Below, one piece after another: positions 56,321-64,000 of a stretch of 64,000 nucleotides of DNA. Source of the DNA: Candidatus Nomurabacteria bacterium (GTDB taxonomy: Bacteria; Patescibacteriota; Minisyncoccia; Phycocordibacterales; UBA9973); contig JAIOPO010000005.1 in assembly GCA_021413905.1 (NCBI GenBank), positions 81,271 to 145,270 of the forward strand, given 5' to 3'. The notes under the pieces are model-generated. The model was not told the DNA's origin, ran no database searches, and saw nothing but the letters and a program-made list of their open reading frames with translations. Each line of letters starts with the position of its first letter. The first letter of the stretch is position 1. The translations under genes were made by a program, and so were the position numbers.

Positions 56321-56828
56321 ATGGACCTGTTGCTTTCAAAATAACAGAAGCATCTTTAGAGTAAGTTTTTTTAATCAAAACACCAAACTGACAAGTATTT
56401 TTACTATTTTCATCATTAACAAAAACACTACCTTTACATAATTCTCCTTTTAAATAAACACCACCATGTGAATCTTTTACATCAAAAGTCTGTATTTCAT
56501 AACCAGCCATTGGTACTACTGGTAAACAAAGCTCTGTGTTGCAAACCTCATCTACGCCTATTAACTTAAAAGTTGAACCAGAACCATATGCATCATTTAC
56601 GACAACTTTCTCTCCTAATTTAATATTAAATTCTTCATTTAAGTCTACAGTTCTTGTTTGTGAACTCAATGGAGGTAATTTGAGAATATCTTTTATGTTT
56701 GTTTCTTTTTTAACTTCTTTATTATCAGCATCTTTAAATGAAACAGACTTCACAGAAAAAATCACACACAAATAGACTAAGGCTAACGCTATGATAATTA
56801 GTAATGTTGTTATTATTTTCTTTTGCAT
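56298..56828 (-). CDS. Exported hypothetical protein, tandem paralog 1 (4 Cys in the C-terminal half).
   Basis: Shares an almost identical N-terminal ~45 aa with the 56845 gene and diverges afterwards. Confidence 0.6.
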   Translation of the reverse strand: MQKKIITTLLIIIALALVYLCVIFSVKSVSFKDADNKEVKKETNIKDILKLPPLSSQTRTVDLNEEFNIKLGEKVVVNDAYGSGSTFKLIGVDEVCNTELCLPVVPMAGYEIQTFDVKDSHGGVYLKGELCKGSVFVNDENSKNTCQFGVLIKKTYSKDASVILKATGPYGYNYNI

Positions 56829-56844
56829 AAATTTAAATTAAATA

Positions 56845-57369
56845 CTAATCAGTCCAACCATCAATTTTTCCTAAAACAATATTGGCGTATGTTTGATAAT
56901 CAGTTTCTTTTACTAAAACGCTAAATGGCGTATGGTATGAATCATATTTATATGGATCATTTTTATAAAGTGCTCCACGTTGAATACTGCCATCTGGATT
57001 TTTTACATCATTGGTTTGTATTTCATATAAAACTTTTTGAGGAAATGGCATTGCTATACAATTAGAATTAATAGGACAACCATTGCCACCTAGGTCAAAT
57101 CCAACAACTTTAAAAGTTGCTCCACTATATGAGTCATTAGCAATTATGACTTTCTCCCCCAATTTAATATTAAATTCTTCATTTAATTTTACAGTTTTTG
57201 TTTTTGAATCTAACATAGGTTTAATAATATCTTTTAAGCTTGTTTCTTTTTTAACTTCTTTATTATCAGCATCTTTAAATGAAACAGACTTCACAGAAAA
57301 AATCACACACAAATAGACTAAGGCTAACACTATGATAATTAGTAATGTTGTTATTATTTTCTTTTGCAT
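56845..57369 (-). CDS. Exported hypothetical protein, tandem paralog 2.
   Basis: The N-terminal 45 aa are nearly identical to paralog 1. The 5' ~135 nt are ~99% identical (56695-56830 vs 57228-57369). Confidence 0.6.
   Translation of the reverse strand: MQKKIITTLLIIIVLALVYLCVIFSVKSVSFKDADNKEVKKETSLKDIIKPMLDSKTKTVKLNEEFNIKLGEKVIIANDSYSGATFKVVGFDLGGNGCPINSNCIAMPFPQKVLYEIQTNDVKNPDGSIQRGALYKNDPYKYDSYHTPFSVLVKETDYQTYANIVLGKIDGWTD
57228..57369 (-). repeat. Near-identical ~135-bp direct repeat covering the 5' ends of the two tandem paralogs (second copy at 56695-56830).
   Basis: Read directly from the sequence; 1-2 mismatches. Confidence 0.8.
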
Positions 57370-57390
57370 AAAATTTATTTATTAATTAAT

Positions 57391-57942
57391 CTAGAATTTC
57401 ACTTCCACAGGATTTTGCGCGACGTCGTTGTCAGCCAAATCAAAGAATTCCATTTTGGAGAAAGAAAACATTCCGGCAATCATATTACTAGGGAAAACTT
57501 CTATTTTTGTATTCAAGTCGCGGACATTTGCATTATAAAATCTGCGTGCGGCTTGGATTTTATTTTCAGTATCAGAAAGTTCACTTTGCAAAGCCAAGAA
57601 ATTTGTATTTGCTTTCAAATCTGGGTACGCTTCAGAAATAGCAAAGACTGATTTTAATGCTCCCGTGAGCATATTTTCTGCTTGCGCATGAGCAGGATTT
57701 GGACCACCGGAAGACATGGCTTTAGCTCTGGCATCACTGACTTTCTCAAATGCAGTGGATTCATGTGTAGCATAACCTTTCACTGTATTTACTAAATTCG
57801 GTATCAAATCATAACGGCGTTTTAGCTGAACTTCAATATCCGCCCAAGCTTCTTTCGCTCTATTTCGCAATGAAACAAGACCATTAAAAGCGAAAACAAC
57901 CCATAAAACTATAATACCCAATATAATCAAAAAGTACATCAT
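57391..57942 (-). CDS. lemA: LemA-family protein.
   Basis: N-terminal TM, then the LemA core (NGLVSLRNRAKEAWADIEVQLKRRYDLIPNLV...). Confidence 0.8.
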   Translation of the reverse strand: MMYFLIILGIIVLWVVFAFNGLVSLRNRAKEAWADIEVQLKRRYDLIPNLVNTVKGYATHESTAFEKVSDARAKAMSSGGPNPAHAQAENMLTGALKSVFAISEAYPDLKANTNFLALQSELSDTENKIQAARRFYNANVRDLNTKIEVFPSNMIAGMFSFSKMEFFDLADNDVAQNPVEVKF

Positions 57943-57964
57943 ATAATATATTTATTAGTGATAA

Positions 57965-58008
57965 AAGTTAAGAAATACTTAACTTATATATTGTAACATA
58001 TTGTAACA
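57965..58008 (-). promoter_or_regulatory. Candidate operator upstream of lemA: a perfect 10-bp tandem direct repeat (tattgtaaca x2, 57989-58008) next to the palindrome aagttaag-aaatac-cttaactt (57965-57985).
   Basis: Seen directly in the sequence between the secF stop and the lemA start. Confidence 0.35.
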
Positions 58009-58015
58009 CAAAAAA

Positions 58016-58915
58016 CTATTTTTTATTAGATTTCTTTTGCAATTCTTCCACCCATACGAGCAAAGGTGATGCTAGGAATATTGAAGAATATGTTCCAAAG
58101 AACATTCCAGCTGTGAGCATAAGTGCAAAATATTTTGTAGACACCGGTCCAAAGAAATACAAAGAAAGTAAAACAAGAATAACTGTCATAGAAGTGTTAA
58201 TGGAACGCACATATGACTGACTCAAACTATTCCCGACAGTATGATCAAATTCCACTGCTCTGTTTTTCAAATTCTCTCTGATACGGTCAAAAATAACAAT
58301 AGTATCTGAAACAGAAAGACCAAGGATTGTAAGTATTGCGACAACAAACAAAGTATCTACTTCTGCTCCGTAATAATGAGAAAGAAAAGCAAACAAACCA
58401 ACAGGTATTAATACGTCATGAAGCAATGTAACAACAGCGATGATACCATATCTCCAAGAGGACACAGGCTTTGAAACTTTTCTAAATGCAAAAGCAATAA
58501 AACATATTATAGCGAGAGCGACCAATACAATAGCGATGATTGCTTTCTTTGTAAGTTCATGACCAACTGATGGACCTATAGAATTAAAATTAGTCTCTTG
58601 CAAAGGATATTTTCCACCTTCAGATAAAGTGCTCAAAACTAAAAGATGTTCTGTATCTCCTAAATCACGAGTTTTTATTATATAACCCATATCACCTGTA
58701 GGCTGTATTAAGACTGAACCAAGATTTAAAGATTGAAAAGAAGTATCAAGATCTGCTTGCAATGGACGAGCATTAGTATAAACAACTTCAGTCAATGCTC
58801 CCCCCTTAAAATCAATACCGATCTTAAGACCGAATACAGACAAGGAAAGAACAGATAAAATAACCAATACTATTGATATACTAATAAATATTTTTTTGTT
58901 TTTTATTATGAACAT
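58016..58915 (-). CDS. secF: Protein translocase subunit SecF.
   Basis: SecF 6-TM sequence following secD. Confidence 0.85.
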   Translation of the reverse strand: MFIIKNKKIFISISIVLVILSVLSLSVFGLKIGIDFKGGALTEVVYTNARPLQADLDTSFQSLNLGSVLIQPTGDMGYIIKTRDLGDTEHLLVLSTLSEGGKYPLQETNFNSIGPSVGHELTKKAIIAIVLVALAIICFIAFAFRKVSKPVSSWRYGIIAVVTLLHDVLIPVGLFAFLSHYYGAEVDTLFVVAILTILGLSVSDTIVIFDRIRENLKNRAVEFDHTVGNSLSQSYVRSINTSMTVILVLLSLYFFGPVSTKYFALMLTAGMFFGTYSSIFLASPLLVWVEELQKKSNKK

Positions 58916-58920
58916 ATATT

Positions 58921-60336
58921 TTATTTACTTAAACCTGAGCTGAATAAAAATCTCGCCACTTTATTTTCACCCAAGAAATCTATAACTGTTAAGAATATCC
59001 TAGTTATTGTGATAGCGGAAAGCATTGAAACCAAAACACCCATCCCTAAAGTCAAAGCGAAACCTTTGATGAGTGATGTACCAAACCAGAAAAGGATAAC
59101 AGCTGTTATGATACTGGAAATATTTGAATCACGAATTGAAAACCATGCGCGTGCATAACCCGCTGAAATAGAATTCGCAATACTTCTGCCTCCACGTAGT
59201 TCTTCTTTTACTCTTTCGAAAATCAAAACATTAGCATCAACAGCAATACCCATAGATATTATAAATCCAGCAATACCGGCAGCTGTCAAAGTCACAGGCA
59301 ATAATTTAAACAAAGCTAAAATTATAGATACATATATAGATAGAGATATAACAGCTACCAAACCAGGGAGTCTGTACCAAAGAATAAGAAACAATGCTAT
59401 AAGCAAGAAACCATAGATAGTCGCTTTCACACCCGCATGAACTGCATTAGTTCCGAGACTTGCGCCGATAGTTTGTTTTGAAAGAAGTGAAATAGGCACA
59501 GGCAATGCTCCGGAATTCAATCTGCCTACAAGTTGTTTAGCTTCTGTAGGTGTAAATGAACCAGAGATAACGGCTTGACCATTTGGTATTTCTTCACGAA
59601 CAACAGGAGTGGAAATAGCTGAACCATCCAAATAAATAGCCACCATCTTGCCGACATTTTCTTTTGTTATTTTTGCAAATAAAGCAGTACCAGTGTCATC
59701 AAATTGGAGTGATACTTTTGGTTCACGAGTATTTTGATCAAATTCTAAAGTTGCATTTTTTAAATATCTACCAGTAAGTTCTGTATTTACAAATTGAGAA
59801 TTGATATCTAAATTCAATTTTCCATCTTTGCCTACAGTCACTTGTTTTGGAGCGTCTTTAGGAGCTTCAATTTTAAATTCCAAAAGTGGAGTCTGCCCTA
59901 TCATTTGTGTCGCTTTTTCAACATCAGTAACACCAGGCAAATCAATAAGAAGCTTTTCTTCTCCATTAGAAACTATCCCCCCGTCTTCTATTTGAACTAC
60001 GGGTTCAGAAACACCAAAAAGATTAACTCTTCTTTCTATAACATCACGCAATGCAGACATAGAGTCACTAATTTGTCCTGCTGGGACAGCTGAAACATCT
60101 GCTTTATATACCAAATGAGTTCCTCCGGACAAATCCAAACCTAAACGAAATGGATGATGCTTAAAAAATGACTTTTGAGATTCAAAATTATGATTCAAAG
60201 TCGGTTCAGTCTTATAAACAAAACACGCTACAGCAACGCCTAGTAAAATAATTATTAAAGCTAAAATTCTTTTTTTCCACATAATATAAGTATATTCTAT
60301 ACACTTTAATCTAAAAAAGCAAATACGGATAATCAT
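58921..60336 (-). CDS. secD: Protein translocase subunit SecD.
   Basis: SecD periplasmic and TM domains. The start is probably the internal MWKKRILAL (about 60282). Confidence 0.85.
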   Translation of the reverse strand: MIIRICFFRLKCIEYTYIMWKKRILALIIILLGVAVACFVYKTEPTLNHNFESQKSFFKHHPFRLGLDLSGGTHLVYKADVSAVPAGQISDSMSALRDVIERRVNLFGVSEPVVQIEDGGIVSNGEEKLLIDLPGVTDVEKATQMIGQTPLLEFKIEAPKDAPKQVTVGKDGKLNLDINSQFVNTELTGRYLKNATLEFDQNTREPKVSLQFDDTGTALFAKITKENVGKMVAIYLDGSAISTPVVREEIPNGQAVISGSFTPTEAKQLVGRLNSGALPVPISLLSKQTIGASLGTNAVHAGVKATIYGFLLIALFLILWYRLPGLVAVISLSIYVSIILALFKLLPVTLTAAGIAGFIISMGIAVDANVLIFERVKEELRGGRSIANSISAGYARAWFSIRDSNISSIITAVILFWFGTSLIKGFALTLGMGVLVSMLSAITITRIFLTVIDFLGENKVARFLFSSGLSK

Positions 60337-60370
60337 TGTCTTTTGTTTAAAATTGTAGTAAAATAAAAGT

Positions 60371-61093
60371 ATGGAAAATAATAAAAATTACACAATCTTT
60401 GGTTTAATATTAGGTGTCTCACTTATTTTAAGTTTTGGAATAGGTTCTTTTACTTTTTACAAACTTCGTTCAATGGATTTTATTTCGACGACAGGTTCTG
60501 CAAAAAAAGAAGTTACTTCTGATAAAGTTAAATGGACTTCATCAATCACTCGCCCGGTAAAAGTCTCAACTATTAAAGATGGTTACGCAAAGATGGACGC
60601 AGACTTGAAAGAAGTTAAAAACTTTTTAACTTCAAATGGAATCACTGAAGAAAACATAGAAATATCTCCTATTTTCATGAATGAAGTTTACGAACAAAAC
60701 CAAGGAGCTGAGAAAAATTACAACTTAGTTCAAAATATAGAAGTCCAATCTTCAGACGTTCAAAAGATTTCCAGTTTAGCAAAAAATACAAGCTCATTAA
60801 TAATAAATAAAGGAGTATTATTCTCCACAAATTCTTTAGAATATTATTATTCAAAACTCCCAGAAACTCGGATAGAGTTATTGGCAAATGCTGTCGGTGA
60901 TGCAAAAGCTCGAGCAGAACAACTCGCAAATGCTGGAGGCAAAAAAATAGGTGTATTAAAATCAGCATCTAGTGGAGTCGTGCAAGTCACATCACCAAAT
61001 TCTGTAGAAGTCAGTGATTATGGCATGTATGATACTTCAAAAATTCAAAAAGAAATAATGGTTACAGTTAAAGCGAGTTTCGAAATTAAATAA
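60371..61093 (+). CDS. SIMPL-domain (DUF541 / YggE-like) protein, membrane-anchored.
   Basis: TM anchor plus SIMPL-like core (ANAVGDAKARAEQLANAGGKKIGVLKS). Confidence 0.55.
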   Translation: MENNKNYTIFGLILGVSLILSFGIGSFTFYKLRSMDFISTTGSAKKEVTSDKVKWTSSITRPVKVSTIKDGYAKMDADLKEVKNFLTSNGITEENIEISPIFMNEVYEQNQGAEKNYNLVQNIEVQSSDVQKISSLAKNTSSLIINKGVLFSTNSLEYYYSKLPETRIELLANAVGDAKARAEQLANAGGKKIGVLKSASSGVVQVTSPNSVEVSDYGMYDTSKIQKEIMVTVKASFEIK

Positions 61094-61622
61094 TTTTTCT
61101 AATAGAATAAAAAAATATTGATATCAATGAACCTAAAATAAATCCACCCAAAATATCAATTGGGTAATGTACTCCTGCAATAATACGCGCAATCCCCACA
61201 ATCAAAGCTAAAAAGATAAAAATAATACCGACTTTTTTATGATTGAATAAAATAGCCATAGCTAAAGCCATAAAAAAAGTTGCATGCCCTGAAGGAAAAG
61301 CAAACCCTTTTTCATAAAAAAGCGGGTAAACATTAAACAAATCAACAAACGGTCTAGGTGTATGAAAAAATACTTTTAAAACAGAAGCAGATATCCAAGC
61401 TACAAAACCTGAAAAAAATGCGATCATTATTTCTACGCCCTTGGAAGAAATTTTTTTTAAATAAAATTTTGAGGAAATTATATCGTGATGTAAAAGCAAA
61501 AAACTTATCGCAAATATCACTATCAAATAAGGCAAGTAAATAGCACAGAAAAAAACAATATCATCAACATATTTAAAATGATGAGCAAAACCATATAAAA
61601 AATTAAAAATAATATTATTCAT
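61086..61622 (-). CDS. PAP2-family phosphatase (undecaprenyl-diphosphatase / PgpB-like).
   Basis: PSGH and SR.HRP-like motifs (FPSGHATFFM, HTPRPF). Confidence 0.75.
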   Translation of the reverse strand: MNNIIFNFLYGFAHHFKYVDDIVFFCAIYLPYLIVIFAISFLLLHHDIISSKFYLKKISSKGVEIMIAFFSGFVAWISASVLKVFFHTPRPFVDLFNVYPLFYEKGFAFPSGHATFFMALAMAILFNHKKVGIIFIFLALIVGIARIIAGVHYPIDILGGFILGSLISIFFYSIRKII

Positions 61623-62463
61623 TTTTATTTATTTTATCTTTTAATTTTGCTACGTCAACAACATTAGACAATAGCATGGCGACAGTTACAGGACCGACAC
61701 CTCCAGGAACAGGAGAAATATAACTCGCAATATTTTTAACAGAATCCAAATCAACATCGCCCACAATGCCTTCATTTGATTCAAATGTTCCAGCATCAAT
61801 TAATATTACATCTTTTTTAACCATATCCCCTTTTATATATTTACCCTGTCCTATGCCCGACACTATAACATCGGCATTTTTTAAAATAACTTCTTTATTT
61901 TCTGTTTCACTGTCAATCGTCTCGACATTCAAATTGCGAAATCTTAACAAAGAAGTTACTGGCTTACCAACCAAATCACCTTGACCCAAAACAACAATTT
62001 TTTTATCTTTCAAATCAACACCTAAAGAATCTAAAATCTCAATGCAAGCGCGTGCAGTTGGAAAAGACAAGATACCCGAACCATTATAGAATTTTTGACT
62101 ATTCACAAATCCCAAACAATCAACATCCAACTCTGGATTAATTGCATTTAATATTGCATTTTTATCTAAATGTTTCGGCAAAGGAATTTGAGCGATAATA
62201 CCGCATATATTTTCTATATTATTTATTTTTTTTATTTCATTTAAAATTTCATCGTTTGAAATATCTTCTTTAAAAAAAGCTTTATGAAATTTTATACCGA
62301 TACTTTCAGCCATACGCATCTTCATATTAACATACTGTAAAGACACAGAATCTTCCCCTACTAAAATATCACAAAAGACTGGTTGAAAAGAAAGATTTTT
62401 AATATCTTCTTTTAATTTATTTAAAATAATATCTCTAATTTTTTTTCCTTCTACTATAATCAT
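61615..62463 (-). CDS. folD: Bifunctional methylene-THF dehydrogenase / methenyl-THF cyclohydrolase.
   Basis: FolD sequence (VGKPVTSLL, PVPGGVGPVT). Confidence 0.85.
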   Translation of the reverse strand: MIIVEGKKIRDIILNKLKEDIKNLSFQPVFCDILVGEDSVSLQYVNMKMRMAESIGIKFHKAFFKEDISNDEILNEIKKINNIENICGIIAQIPLPKHLDKNAILNAINPELDVDCLGFVNSQKFYNGSGILSFPTARACIEILDSLGVDLKDKKIVVLGQGDLVGKPVTSLLRFRNLNVETIDSETENKEVILKNADVIVSGIGQGKYIKGDMVKKDVILIDAGTFESNEGIVGDVDLDSVKNIASYISPVPGGVGPVTVAMLLSNVVDVAKLKDKINKNE

Positions 62464-62467
62464 ATAT

Positions 62468-63601
62468 TTATATACCTAAAAATTCATTTCTCATATCGTC
62501 TTTATGAGCAACTCTCGCATAACTACGCATACTCATCAAAATACCGAGAGCCATAAATTCTGTTAAAAGATGAGATCCTCCGTAACTCATAAAAGGTAAA
62601 GTAATTCCGGTAACAGGCAAAATACCGATATTCATACCTATATTTATGAGTATATGGCTCATTAAAAAAATAGCAACTCCTAAACCAAAAAGGATTTCAA
62701 AATTAGAAGAACCAAGAAGAGCATTTCTTAGAATTCTCCAAATGGTTAAGGCGAACAATATAAATAACAATAAAACACCTACAAAACCCCATTCTTCAGC
62801 AAAAGCAGCAAAAATAAAATCTGTTTGATATTCTGGTAAAAAATTAAGTCTTGATTGTGTTCCAAAACCAACACCCTTACCTAATATCTTACCTGAACCG
62901 ACAGCAATTGTTGACTGAAAAGCATTGTAACCAGAACCATGAATATCAGCCAATGGATTCAAAAAATTTAAAATTCTTGCTTTTTGATAAGGAGCAAAAA
63001 CAGACATCCATAAAACTGTAAAAATTAAAACTCCTGAAATACCAACCAAAGCCAAATGTCTTTTAGAAATACCTGAAACCAAAGTCATACCAAACCAAAT
63101 AAAAAATATAATAATAGCAGAACCAAAATCTGGTTGAAATAAAACCAAACAAAATGGAATAACAGCATAAACACCAGAAATAAATATATGTTTAATATTC
63201 CTGATTTCTACATGGCGACGAGAAAAGTATTTAGCTAAAATTAAAATAACTACCAACTTCATCATATCTCCTGGTTGAAATGAGAATATACCAAAAGAAA
63301 ACCAGCTTTGAGCTCCATGAGAAATATGACCCAATGTAAAAAGAATTAATAAAATTGAAGAAAAAAATAAAAATAAAATAACTAAAACATCTGTTCTTTT
63401 TAAGAATCTAAAATCAATAAAAGAAAATACAAAAAAAATAAAAAGACAAAAAACAATAGATATTATTTGTTTTTCAAAAAAACTAATACCGGAAGAATCT
63501 GGGACGAAAGATTTCATTGTTACTAAACCAGCAGAAATTATAGGTAAAATAAATAACAATAAAAGCCAATCTATTTTTTTTACGAAAGATAAAGACATCA
63601 T
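62468..63601 (-). CDS. SEDS-family peptidoglycan glycosyltransferase (FtsW/RodA).
   Basis: 10-TM SEDS protein with the conserved PEYQTDFIFAAFAEEWGF segment. Confidence 0.85.
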   Translation of the reverse strand: MMSLSFVKKIDWLLLLFILPIISAGLVTMKSFVPDSSGISFFEKQIISIVFCLFIFFVFSFIDFRFLKRTDVLVILFLFFSSILLILFTLGHISHGAQSWFSFGIFSFQPGDMMKLVVILILAKYFSRRHVEIRNIKHIFISGVYAVIPFCLVLFQPDFGSAIIIFFIWFGMTLVSGISKRHLALVGISGVLIFTVLWMSVFAPYQKARILNFLNPLADIHGSGYNAFQSTIAVGSGKILGKGVGFGTQSRLNFLPEYQTDFIFAAFAEEWGFVGVLLLFILFALTIWRILRNALLGSSNFEILFGLGVAIFLMSHILINIGMNIGILPVTGITLPFMSYGGSHLLTEFMALGILMSMRSYARVAHKDDMRNEFLGI

Positions 63602-64000
63602 TTAATTTAAAGAAGCGTAGAAAATATTGTAAATAGGTATGATTTCTTTATTAACTATTTTTGAAGAAAAAGGTTCCGGCCAAGTAAACACTATATCTTG
63701 ACTTGTTTTTTTATACAAAAAATTTAAATACGTCTTACTTGCTGATATAGCTTCACCAGAAGCATCATACAAAATTACAATAATATTAACATCTGGAATT
63801 TTAAACAAAGAATCGTTCTCAATAACAGCTTTCAATTTTGGAAAAGAATTTTCATTCTCCAAAAATATTTGATCGACATTTACTTTTAATTGTTCTATCT
63901 TATCTTGGCTAACAGCAAGCCAAACTGGCATTTCCAAAAATTCAAATGTTGTATAAACAGGAACAGAATTACCCACACCTATGGCTGGTTCAAAAACAGC
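63602..64000 (-). CDS. Hypothetical protein, partial (continues past the window end).
   Basis: Open frame to position 64000; no family recognised. Confidence 0.3.
   Translation of the reverse strand, partial: AVFEPAIGVGNSVPVYTTFEFLEMPVWLAVSQDKIEQLKVNVDQIFLENENSFPKLKAVIENDSLFKIPDVNIIVILYDASGEAISASKTYLNFLYKKTSQDIVFTWPEPFSSKIVNKEIIPIYNIFYASLN

Noticed and set aside
1-64000. CRISPR arrays, integrases/transposases, reverse transcriptases (retrons or DGRs), prophage blocks.
   Set aside because: No direct-repeat/spacer arrays and no ORFs with recombinase, transposase or RT motifs were seen. The only repeats are the promoter cassettes, the paralog 5' duplication and protein-internal repeats.

Overview
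AT-rich window (roughly 30% GC by eye) in which nearly every gene lies on the minus strand. The gene content and architecture look like a small-genome Patescibacteria/CPR-type bacterium (inference). The core is housekeeping: the str operon (rpsL-rpsG-fusA ... tuf); a contiguous S10-spc-type ribosomal protein array rpsJ to rplO plus secY-adk-map; the infC-rpmI-rplT operon; secE-nusG-rplK; secDF; gatCA; folD; and a thymidylate/dNTP cluster (thyA-folA, MazG-like, dCMP deaminase, NT5C-like). Unannotated RNA genes: a tmRNA (ssrA) just downstream of smpB, and a tRNA with a UAU anticodon. Unusual architecture: rpmD (L30) and rpmC (L29) are missing from their canonical slots, and no rplA follows rplK, which is terminated by a strong hairpin. 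A membrane-protein gene is inserted between rplE and rpsZ. Three unrelated genes sit between fusA and tuf. The S10 operon is split after rplB by a terminator plus a promoter. Two families of near-consensus sigma70-like promoters with an extended -10 recur as repeats. The accessory-looking content is a HicAB toxin-antitoxin pair next to a cluster of exported proteins (two tandem paralogs with a duplicated 5' end, a LemA homolog, and a two-TM membrane protein); an orphan 924-aa TraG/VirD4-like P-loop ATPase; a GNAT/arginase-family/AstE-AspA-family three-gene cluster; a large FG-GAP beta-propeller protein with a peptidoglycan-binding tail; and a >1000-aa beta-strand-repeat surface protein truncated at the window start. 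I found no CRISPR array, transposase, integrase or reverse transcriptase.
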